NCBI GenBank assembly: GCA_019058275.1
Contig: JAHLVW010000009.1
Location: forward strand, 1 to 40,099
DNA: 40,099 nt
Source of the DNA: Candidatus Heimdallarchaeota archaeon
GTDB lineage: Archaea > Asgardarchaeota > Heimdallarchaeia > JABLTI01
Direction: 5' to 3'
In this document: in pieces, positions 9,425-19,500 of the stretch
Numbering within the stretch: the first letter of the stretch is position 1
Layout: each line of letters starts with the position of its first letter
The notes under the pieces: generated by a model
Seen by the model: only the letters and a program-made list of their open reading frames with translations
The model's database searches: none
Told to the model about the DNA's origin: nothing
Position numbers and translations under genes: made by a program

Positions 9425-10204
9425 ATGAATGACGAAGAATTAGACTATGAGTTTCTCAACATTGAAGGAATCTATGCTTTGTTAGATGGTGATTACAAAA
9501 AAGCAGAAGAATTGTTCACTAAAGCAATCAAAATCGAAGATAATAGTTTTGAAAGTTTATGCAATATGGGTAAATTACTTTTGGTGCAAGGAAAGGTAGA
9601 TGAAGCTCTCGAATTCTTTGAGAAATCATTAGAAAAGAATCCAGAATATCCCGAAGCATTACACAATGTGGGAGTATCTTACTATAGAAAACAAGAACTA
9701 GAGAAAGCCATTAGCTACTATATGAAAGCTGTAGAAATAGATGATAAGTATTTTGAAAGTTGGTTTAATCTGGGAAATAGTTTTTACGAAAAAGGGGAAT
9801 TGCAAGAAGCATTGAAATATTACAAAAAAACAACTGAAGCAAATCCAAATTTTACAGATGCTTATTATAACTTGGGTAATGTCTACAGAGAACTTGGTCA
9901 GCATGCATTAGCAAAAAAAGCCTATCAAGATATTCTAAAGATAAGACAAGATGATGCAGCAGTTTACTATAATTTGGGATATGTTTTACAGATAACGAAC
10001 GATTTAGATGGAGCTATAGAGAATTACCAGCAAGCAATTAAACTAAGAGAAAATTATCTGAAAGCAATCCTAAATCTGGGAATTGCCTATCAAGCGAAAA
10101 ATAATTTCAGAAAAGCACTAATGTACTTTGAAAAAGCTCTCAAAATACAACCAGATTTACAGATAGTTCAGGAAAGAATTGTACAAATAAAGGAAAAAGA
10201 ATAG
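9425..10204 (+). CDS. Tetratricopeptide repeat protein (about 7 TPRs)
   Basis: 34-aa periodic ..NLG..Y...G....A...Y.KA....P motifs across the whole protein. Confidence 0.93.
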   Translation: MNDEELDYEFLNIEGIYALLDGDYKKAEELFTKAIKIEDNSFESLCNMGKLLLVQGKVDEALEFFEKSLEKNPEYPEALHNVGVSYYRKQELEKAISYYMKAVEIDDKYFESWFNLGNSFYEKGELQEALKYYKKTTEANPNFTDAYYNLGNVYRELGQHALAKKAYQDILKIRQDDAAVYYNLGYVLQITNDLDGAIENYQQAIKLRENYLKAILNLGIAYQAKNNFRKALMYFEKALKIQPDLQIVQERIVQIKEKE

Positions 10205-10354
10205 AAGGTCGTTTTTCTTTTTCTAAATCTATGTTCCAAAAAAGCTCTTTCTATAAACGATTGTGGGAGAGTTTAATCATTTATAACTTTATAAAGAAAA
10301 GAATGTGAGGAGATAAACGAAGTAAATAGTTATCGAGCTACAACTCAAAGACCT

Positions 10355-10426
10355 ATAGATTTACTTAAGGGTGCATGATTTGAATAAGAACACCGCTCTT
10401 TTTTATTTGCACCCTACTAAATCTAT
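10355..10426. repeat. Intergenic imperfect inverted repeat / long hairpin
   Basis: ATAGATTTA (10355-10363) pairs with TAAATCTAT (10418-10426); AGGGTGCA (10368-10375) pairs with TGCACCCT (10408-10415). Confidence 0.7.
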
Positions 10427-10517
10427 TTTGCGTGGAGAAATCAAACTAAAAATTAATCCAAAAAAGTAAAAAGCAGTTGTAGTTAAACAATTAATTGCTC
10501 AAATGAGGTAAAGCATT

Positions 10518-11183
10518 ATGAAAGTTACTTGGTTAGGTCACTCGGGAATAATGATCAAGGATAAAGGAAAAATAATTCTCATTGATCCTTGGCTTTCAGG
10601 TAATCCTGTAGCTAAAATAAAGGCTGAAGATATTAAAAAAGCAGATGCAGTATTTGTTACTCATGATCACGGCGATCATGGTTTTGATGATGCTGTCACT
10701 ATCTGCAAGAATACTGGTGCTACTTTTGTTAGTGTATTTGAACTAGCTAATGAAGCAAAAGGAAAAGGTGTTGAAAATGTACTTGGTGGGAATATTGGTG
10801 GTTCTGCAATAGTTGCTGATATTGAATTTATTTTCACTTTAGCTCTTCATAGTTCTACTGTTGGTACCCCTCTTGGTTTTGTCATCAAACTTCCTACATA
10901 TACTATCTATCATGCAGGAGATACTGGTATCTTCATGGACATGAAATTGCTAGCTGAATTGTATGATATTGATCTTACCTTTCTACCAATTGGTTCACTT
11001 TACACCATGGGTCCTAAAGAAGCTGCTAAAGCTTTAGAACTTCTCAATTGTCAAAAAGTTGTACCAATTCATTACAAAACTTTTCCAGCCTTAAAACAAG
11101 ATGCTAAAGAATTCATAGAAATTGCTGGTCCAATGGTCGATGTGTTTGTATTTGAACCAGGAGAAGAGAAGGAAATCGGTTAG
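10518..11183 (+). CDS. UPF0173 metal-dependent hydrolase (metallo-beta-lactamase fold)
   Basis: MKVTWLGHS, LIDPWL, THDHGDH, IYHAGDT, LPIG..YTMGP, VPIHY; GAGGT upstream. Confidence 0.93.
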   Translation: MKVTWLGHSGIMIKDKGKIILIDPWLSGNPVAKIKAEDIKKADAVFVTHDHGDHGFDDAVTICKNTGATFVSVFELANEAKGKGVENVLGGNIGGSAIVADIEFIFTLALHSSTVGTPLGFVIKLPTYTIYHAGDTGIFMDMKLLAELYDIDLTFLPIGSLYTMGPKEAAKALELLNCQKVVPIHYKTFPALKQDAKEFIEIAGPMVDVFVFEPGEEKEIG

Positions 11184-11205
11184 TTCCTTTTCTTTTATTC
11201 TTTTT

Positions 11206-11392
11206 TCACATTCCAGCCATTCCTATTATATGACCACAGTTAACACAAAATCCGACAGCAAATGGTGGTAGTATGTTAAATCTTATTTTTTTTTAAATTT
11301 TGATCTTCTTTTTAGTTTCACTGCTGAAGGTATAAATTTCCAAGCAAATTCGTTCTCCCCACATTCAAGGCATTTAGGTTCTGTTATTTCAT
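11206..11392 (-). pseudogene. Small CxxC...CxxC zinc-finger gene split by frameshift(s)
   Basis: Minus strand reads ITEPKCLECGENEFAWKFIPSAVKLKRRSKFKKK*, then in another frame IRFNILPPFAVGFCVNCGHIIGMAGM*. The junction is an A9 run (11286-11294). AAGGTGA lies upstream, but the nearby ATG is out of frame. Confidence 0.6.
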
Positions 11393-11524
11393 TTTGTCAC
11401 CTTACACCAGTATTAACATTATTCCTACTCATATCAACCTTTTGTGTTTTTCTAACTAGCAAAGGTAATAGTTAAAAAGGGATAAGTCATGAATTGATAT
11501 CATCTCCTAAATGCAAACTAACAT

Positions 11525-12796
11525 ATGAGGGATATACATTTGAAGTGTTGTTATGATCCTAAACTTGAAGCAGAAGGGCATTGTATTAATTGCAATGTTC
11601 CACTTTGTAAAACTTGTGTAACTTACGCTGAATTAAACGAAGGAATATGTCGAGCTTGTCGACGTCAAAAGAGTTTTTTGAAAATTTATGGAACTTCACG
11701 AATCATTATTTGTGGTCTTGGCATAGTGTTCTTGGTTGTTTCACTTATCTGGATATCACCCGGTAACCTCATGAATGGTTTTGTTTATGGTTTACTAGGT
11801 GTTATGGGTGCAGTAGCAATCAATATGCTAACATTAGCTTTGATGTCAAGATTCTTACTTTCAAATCTTGAACCTCATCAGAAAGTCTTTGTTGCTTTAG
11901 CAAGATATTCTGTAAGTGGAAATAAAGTGTTCTTTAATCAAGCGATAAAGGCTATGAAAAAAGTTGAGGATATGTTTCAATATAAAGATGCATTGTTTGA
12001 TCAACTTGTTTCTATTTTGATACTCCAACCTTTTGATTTGCCAAATGAATGGGTAGAGTATCTTTGTGAAAACTTCATATTTACTGAGCAAGAATTATTA
12101 GATGGTATTCTTGAATTTGGAACAGATGTCTTTGAAGAGAATATCTTTAATCAACATCATTACCAAGCTATTGAACCATATATTGAAGTTCTTAAAAGAA
12201 CAGAAAAGACAGAATTATACAATAAGCTTATTGATCAAATTCTTGAAAGACTTGAAAAGGTTGATTTAAAAGCTGTTATACAACCACCTCCTGTTTCATT
12301 TCAAGGAACTCAACCACAACCAGTAAGAGAAGAGCCTTCCGTTGTAAAAGATCGTGCTTTTCTTACAGAATTGAAATTAATTGATTACGAATTAGAAGAG
12401 TTTCTTACCAAAGCTAAAAGGAAGAAAGATTGGAAGAAAATTAGTGAAATTATCGAAGATTATGAACTTCCAAAAGTTCCTAAGAGCACCTTTGAAGCTG
12501 CACGAGCAATGGCTACTCAAACTCAACAAACAATGAAAGGTCCTAATGGTATCCCTGGAACTGCTGATGATCTTGGTAATCCAAATAAAGTTAAAATCTG
12601 TGCTGAATGTGGTATATCTTTCTACAAAGATCATTTGAGTACTTATGTCTTCAGAGATATCTCTGTTAATGTTTGTTCTGAATGCTTAGCAACCTTAAAT
12701 AAGGAAGGTCATAGAGAACCCCGCTTACTTGCTAGCATCCGCAAACCTGAAGAATACAAAAAAGTTGTAGATGACTCAAAAGAAGATGATAATTAG
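11525..12796 (+). CDS. B-box-like zinc finger + 2 TM + helical region + C-terminal CxxC/CxxC protein
   Basis: CCYDP...A...CINCNVPLCKTC...CRAC N-terminus; TM hairpin at about aa 60-110; CAECG...VCSEC near the C-terminus. Confidence 0.75.
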   Translation: MRDIHLKCCYDPKLEAEGHCINCNVPLCKTCVTYAELNEGICRACRRQKSFLKIYGTSRIIICGLGIVFLVVSLIWISPGNLMNGFVYGLLGVMGAVAINMLTLALMSRFLLSNLEPHQKVFVALARYSVSGNKVFFNQAIKAMKKVEDMFQYKDALFDQLVSILILQPFDLPNEWVEYLCENFIFTEQELLDGILEFGTDVFEENIFNQHHYQAIEPYIEVLKRTEKTELYNKLIDQILERLEKVDLKAVIQPPPVSFQGTQPQPVREEPSVVKDRAFLTELKLIDYELEEFLTKAKRKKDWKKISEIIEDYELPKVPKSTFEAARAMATQTQQTMKGPNGIPGTADDLGNPNKVKICAECGISFYKDHLSTYVFRDISVNVCSECLATLNKEGHREPRLLASIRKPEEYKKVVDDSKEDDN

Positions 12797-12992
12797 CCCA
12801 TCTTTCTTTTGATTTTATACCTTTTTCCTATATTCAATTAAATTAGATTATTCATCAAATTAGTTTTTTTTCGAATAATATAACATACACAATTTTCTTT
12901 TTCTTATGTATTAATTGTTCAATCTGAATCTAGCAGAAATGTTTTTCTATTATTACTTAAAACTATTTGAATAGCTACTAATTAATGAGTAA

Positions 12993-15962
12993 GTGAAGAT
13001 TATGAGGCAAGGAAAAAAACTCTCGATCTTTCTATTATCATTATTTATTCTCTCTGGTGTTGCTCCTGTAATTTTAGCTAATGCTACTCTTCCAGAAGCT
13101 ATTTTGCCAGATACAGTAATTTATACGAAAACAATTGTTGATTTAAATGGTGATAAATTAGATGACAAACTTATAATAGATTTAGAAGTAACTAACACGC
13201 ATTCTATCGATGTTGTTGTACTCTATGATCATGAGGTTAATTCTCTTGATAAATTGAGGTTAAGACGCTTAGGTGTTACATTCTCAGAAGAAACTTGGGA
13301 TTTAGGAAGGAGACTATTGGTATCAACCACTAAGGATGGACTTGAGGCCTTAGCAAAAATACCTGAAATTAATCTTATTACATCTGCTGAAAAAAGACAT
13401 ATCATGGTTGGAATTCTTGGAGATGATAATTCAGATTTAGCTGCACTTGAGAGATTTGAAGGTGCTCAAATTTTCTGGGGTGTTGGATGTGCAGTTGTTC
13501 CTTATTACACAGGACTTGAAAATGATATTGCACAATTAGGAACTTATACAGCTATTGCTGATACAACTGATTCCTATTTATACAAAATAGAAACTCCCCA
13601 ATCAACAACAACACTACAAGTAAATACATTAGTTACTGCAAATGAAATCAATATAACTGGATTGTGGGCTGATGGACATGATGGTACAAGTATAAGAGTA
13701 GGCAATATAGATACAGGTATTAATGAAAATCATGTAGATTTTGCTGGTAGAATAATATCTACAAAAAGCTTTGTTTCACCTGATTATGGTTATGACCATA
13801 CGGATGATACTATAATTGATTTTGATGGTCATGGAACTCATACAACTGGTATTATGGCTGGTTCCGGTGATGGTGACCCAAAAAATATTGGTATGGCACC
13901 TAACTCAAGCATTTACTTTGCCAAAGTTGAATCACCAGCAACATGGTGGTCAGTTATTGCTGCTTTGGACTGGTTAGTTAATAATAGAGATGTTGATGTT
14001 GTCAATTTAAGCTTTGGTGGTGGGGCTGGTGAAGCACCATCATGGAATATTGCTGAAATAGCTTTCAAGGTAGCAGTAAGAAAGACAGACACTCCTTGTG
14101 TAATATCAGCTGGTAATGAGGCTATGGAAGGTTTTGATAATTACTATAGTGTTAGTTCTCCTGGTTCAGTTCAAGATGTAATAACTGTAGGATCACTAGA
14201 TACATCAACTTCCTCTGAATATGGTATAAATGGATTTAGTAGTCGAGGACCTACTGGTCTAAATCTTGTAAAACCTGATGTTTTGGCTCCTGGGAATGAT
14301 ATTGTATCATGTTCCAATATAGGAAGTAGTTACATTAGCTATAGTGGTACTTCTATGGCTGCTCCCCATGTGGCTGGTGCTGTGGCAGTATTAATAGATG
14401 CTATGAAAAATCACAGTGTTTCTTATAATCCTGGCGTTATCAAAGCTGCTCTTCTAAAAACTGCTATTCCACTTGATGGCTTCACAGCACTAGACCAAGG
14501 TAAAGGTTACATAAATGTTGGTGCTGCATTAACCTATATTTTGAATGCAGAAAGAGAAGGCAATCTTCCTATTATTGGTTCTTGTAATCAAGATTTACAA
14601 CCAATCAAATTATTCGATAAATTACGACAAGGACAAATATCTGAACAATATCTAACCACAGTTTCACCATTTAGATATAATAAATCTCTTGCATTAAATG
14701 GAGATGCTGCACAATTCGTCACTATTACTAGTGATTTCCTAGGTCCTGAAACAGATGTCATACAGCTAACCTATAAAATACCAGTAGACGCAACAATTGG
14801 AACTTATACCGGTCAAATTGATTTTGTTTACAATGGGACAATATTGGATACAGTAGACATTGATTTTGATGTTGTTGAAAGCAATGGTCACAATATGCTT
14901 CTGAACTATCGTACAACAAATTACGGTATAGATCACATGTATGGGCAATATATGTATTATACTCAAGACATCTATGCTAATGGTTATGTTATTAGTGAGC
15001 AAAACATCACATTAAATGAAACAATCTTAGCTAATTATGACTGTGTTTGGTTCCCAGATCCTTTTGGTTATAAATTCCCACAAGGTGGTTATGGTGATTA
15101 TAGTATAAGAACAACATATAATCCATGGGCTTCTGGAGAACTAACAGCTCTGAATAATTATGTTGCTAATGGTGGAACAGTATTCTTTGCATTCATAGGC
15201 TACAGTTCAGAATTTATTGAAGGATATGGAACAATTGTTGGTGGTACTAATGTTTCTGTTATTAATGAGTTTACAATACCTTTTGGTATTGAAGTTCTTA
15301 CAGATGAATGGCCTGCGGTAACACCTGGTGTTGCTAAACCATTAGGTTCTCATGCTCTAACTGCTGGAGTTGTTGGTGTTGATCATTATGGTTGTTCATT
15401 GGAAATAACAGGTGATGCTGTTGCTGTTTCTAAATACGAAGATATTGTTTGTGCTACTTATCAACACGATAGTGGTGGTAGAGTCATTGTTCTTGCAACT
15501 AATTTCTGTCTAGATACTGAAGGCTATAAAGATAGATACAATGGTGGATTTACTAATAACACTATTTTTGCTATGAACTTGATGCGTTGGGCAACCTCAG
15601 AACATAAAATTAGAAGAACCAGTGTAACAAATGAAAGTGGAATCTATACTTTGACCTATGAATATTTATCAGGTCCTGGTCCAGATTTTGGTGGTTACGT
15701 ACTCTATTCAAACAAGACAGTTGTAGATTTAACTTGGACTGAAGTTTCAGATGGTATCTGGAAAACTGCTGTTAGCACACTTGGATCATCAAAAATAATT
15801 CATGTTTATCCTGAATGCGGAGAAACCGGTGTGGATGAATTTGATTATTATAAAATCTTTTTAACTGGAACTGATGAAAGTGGTTTTGGAGCTTTATCAA
15901 TAGTTTTAATTGCTGGATTTGGTCTTGCAGGTTGGTATTTGATCCTAAAAAGACGACGTTAA
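12993..15962 (+). CDS. Secreted, C-terminally membrane-anchored S8 subtilase, Site-1-protease-like
   Basis: Signal peptide; catalytic IDTG / HGTH / SAGN / GTSMAAPH; C-terminal alpha/beta domain; terminal TM helix + KRRR. Confidence 0.93.
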   Translation: [989 protein letters not shown]

Positions 15963-16179
15963 ATACTAAAGAAAATGCTGCGAAGAAGCATATTGAATTC
16001 TTCCCTATTACCTCTTTTTTTCTCATAGCTGATTTTAATCTAAAATCATTCATCTTATTTTTGCTGCAAAATGAATCTTTTTACATCAACCGTAGCATTT
16101 AATATACTTGGATTTAACATTTATTCGAAATATAACATTATACACACAAGTTGTAAAAGCATGTTAGGAGACATAATAG

Positions 16180-16542
16180 TTGACATTTGAATCAGAAGCT
16201 GCAAAGTTGCAAAGAGATGGTATTGTTGGAGCACTAGCGTTAGTTGGAGCCGATGGCCAAGTTTACTGGCAAACTCAAAACTGGCAAGTTGATGGTCCAA
16301 CAATCATAGAAGCTTGGACAAAGAAAGCTCCATGGATAGTGATTCAAGGGGTTAAATACTCAACAATTGATATTACTAATAATCGATTAGTATGTACAAA
16401 CATTCAACAACAAGGTCATATCATAATTGCTAAAACACCATTATGGCAAGGTTTTGTAATGGCCTGGTGTTCACCAGCAAATCCCGTTAGAATGGTTTAC
16501 GTAGACATAGCTAAATTAGCTACTAAAGTAAAACCAGGATAA
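16180..16542 (+). CDS. Profilin (Asgard-type)
   Basis: 120 aa; ALVGADGQVYWQTQNW...IVIQGVKYS...RLVCTNIQQQGHIII matches the pattern I recall for Asgard profilins (AIIGKDGQIITQTENW...IQGIKY...TNITGKGH); TTG start after AGGAG. Confidence 0.88.
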   Translation: MTFESEAAKLQRDGIVGALALVGADGQVYWQTQNWQVDGPTIIEAWTKKAPWIVIQGVKYSTIDITNNRLVCTNIQQQGHIIIAKTPLWQGFVMAWCSPANPVRMVYVDIAKLATKVKPG

Positions 16543-16599
16543 CAAAAAGATTCTCTTTAAGGAAATCATTATTATTTTTCTTTAAAATTGGCATTTTAT

Positions 16600-19500
16600 T
16601 TATTGTTTTTGAAAGATATTTGATCCTGGTGCATCTGGTGATATAACAAAAATAGTTCCTTTCTCTACTACTTGCATTTCAGATAAGTCTATCCCTGTAA
16701 CATTCATCATTGATAGGAATTTTCCATATTCTGCTAATGTTTGAATTTTCCTTCCAGAGATTAAGGACTTGAAAATATTATGCGTACACAATGAATCTTT
16801 TAATTCTACACCTATTGATCCCGTAACTGATTGTGAGATATCACTCATGACTTCCTTTTCAACAGTTGCATTTGTAAATAATACAACAACTTCTCGAGAC
16901 AGCTTTTCACTAACTAGAAGAACAGGATTGTCTGACAATGATAATCCTAAACAAGTTCCAATATGTCTACCATTTGTTGTTCTTACGCGCAGACATTCAA
17001 TTGGAAAGATCTCAGAAGGATAGAATACTCGAGAAGAATTCCTTAAAATTACACTTTTCTTACCTATTTTATCTACTGAACCTCCAGAAACAAAAACACG
17101 AAAAGTATTTAGTATTTCATTAGGTAAGATTGGAAATCCTCTATTTAATGAATAATTGATTAGTGTTCTTGGTTTTAATGCTTCACCTTCTGGTATTCTT
17201 AATTGCTTAGCGATTAGATATTTTACTAACCATAATCTCTCTTTAGGTTTGTCTTCTATAATTTCTAATCTATCAACGAGATAATTTACTAGTGTTGTAT
17301 CTGGTTCCCTTGTATCTATTAACAATAATTTACCCATTAATGGATGCTTAACAATAGCTATTACCTTACCAACCTTGATTCCTTGGCTTAAACAACATTC
17401 TTTACCGATTGGCGTTCTTTCACTTGTTATTAATTTTCCATCCCAAGGAGCTGTTCGATATGGTTGAGGTGCAACTATATTATCAGGGCTACAAATAACT
17501 GAACCATGTTTTATTCTAATCTTGTCAATTGGTACAATACCCAGTATCTCTTGAGAGTGTATCTGTTCTTCTGTTGGGTAATTTATGTTTCTGAAATTAG
17601 CAAATTCTTGAAGTCTAGTTATATGTAATGCTACATCCTTCTGAATTTGCAGTGATTCCATAACTTCACTGATAAGGTAATTCTTACGTTTCTCTGTGGA
17701 TTCCATATATTCTTCAGTTACCCATAAGGGCTTAATCTGATCGAAAATATTGTCAATAATTGATTGATCGGCTGATGCTTCAGAAACAAGAGTAAATCCA
17801 AGTTTATTCTTATCGAAAACAATTACTTCTTGTAAATACCCTAAAAATTCTCTTTTTACATCTTCAACTAAATTGAACAAAGCTTTTCCTGAAAGCTTCC
17901 ATGCTTCAGTTGCTGCTTCAAGTAATTTTGGTAAAATCATTGATGTTTTTTGTGGTTTAATTAAATCTTCTTCTACTTGATCAAGAATTTCTGGTTTTAT
18001 CTCTGCAGGAGTTACTATCTGTTCGGGTATTATTTCAGTTTCTGTTGTACTTATACCGAATTCCTGTGGCTCTTCTGTTATTTCATGTGTAATTGTATAA
18101 TCTGGTGGTGGAGCTGGTATATCCAAAACTTCCTCTGAGGTTTCAGTAACTACCATATCATCTGTGCTTTCAATATCCATCAGTTCTTCAGATGGAATTG
18201 CTTCAATTTCCTCGATCACAGTAATATCATTTGTTAAAACCTCAAGTTCTAATTCTTGTGGGGTTTCTGGTACCTCTATAGATCCGGGGAATTCTTTATC
18301 ATATGACTCAACAATTCCTTTTGTTTTCTTAAGATCAGAAGTTAAACTGCTAAATTCTGCTTTGCTTTCAACAGGTTTTGGTTGAGGTTTAGGTTTTTCT
18401 ACTTCAGGATCTATTAATTTTTCAAGCAATCCTTCATAAGATTCAAAAATAATTTGTTCTGTAAAAACATTCATTTGCTCTGTTGAACCATTAATGCTGA
18501 ATGGTTGACTGAAGTCTTCCATACCAATTATTTCTAAATCAAGTTTAGGTTCATAGATTGGTTGAGGTGTATCAGGAATCACAAATTCATCAGTAGGTTC
18601 TTCACTTACAGTTGAAGGCACTTCTTCTGGAATTGTAATAGAATCAGTTGTATCAATCAAGAAGTAGCTAATAGGATCATTAACTAACCCTTCTATTTCT
18701 AAAGTTTCTAGAAGAGGGGCGATTTGTTTCTTCTTCTTTTGAATTTCGATTGTTTGGTTTTCAGCTTCAATTTCGATTCCAAATTCCTCTGGAATAAACA
18801 AATCATGAGAATGATCTATCTTTAAAATATCATCTTGTAATAATGATAAGCAATTACAATACTCTTTGATATCATTGGATAAAATTCTAATATAAACTTT
18901 CAATTCATTTACAGATTGCTGAATCTCTAATAATTGCTTGAAATCTGGTAAACCATTTCTTGATTTTGTTGTACTTATTTCAAGTTGAGTTGTTTTTACA
19001 GTTGCAAGCATTTCAGCAAGTGCCTTCCTATATTTTTGTCTAATTTTAATTTCCTTTTGAAGGTCACTAGATAGCTCTTTCAATTCTGTTTCATTTGTAA
19101 TACCGTGACCGAATGAAAATCTAAGATAATTTTCTAAAGTGAATTTTAATAATTCAGCCTTTGAAGGATTGCGTTTCAGATATTTCTCACGTGCAGCAAA
19201 TCTGTTATGAGCTAACCTTAGGTCGAATTCAAGTGTTTCAATTTTGATATTGGCTGTATCTGTATTAATTTTCTTCTCAGCTTGTAAGATTTTTAATTTC
19301 TGAAGATTATGCTCTAAATTGTAAATATTTCGATCAAGTTCTTTTATTTCTCTTTCTATTTTTAAGTGTCTAAAGAATGTCCTTGGAACATTAAATGTTG
19401 GAAGAAGATCTTCAATTGAGATTCTTCCTACCAATCTATTTGCACTGAGAGGTATTTCTCTTGAATCAATTGCTCTTAGTAGGTCCTCTTCAGATATAAC

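Noticed and set aside
10355-10426. Hairpin as a eukaryote-like SECIS (contains ATGA and AA)
   Set aside because: No opposing GA on the 3' strand for the core quartet, and no adjacent gene has an in-frame TGA.
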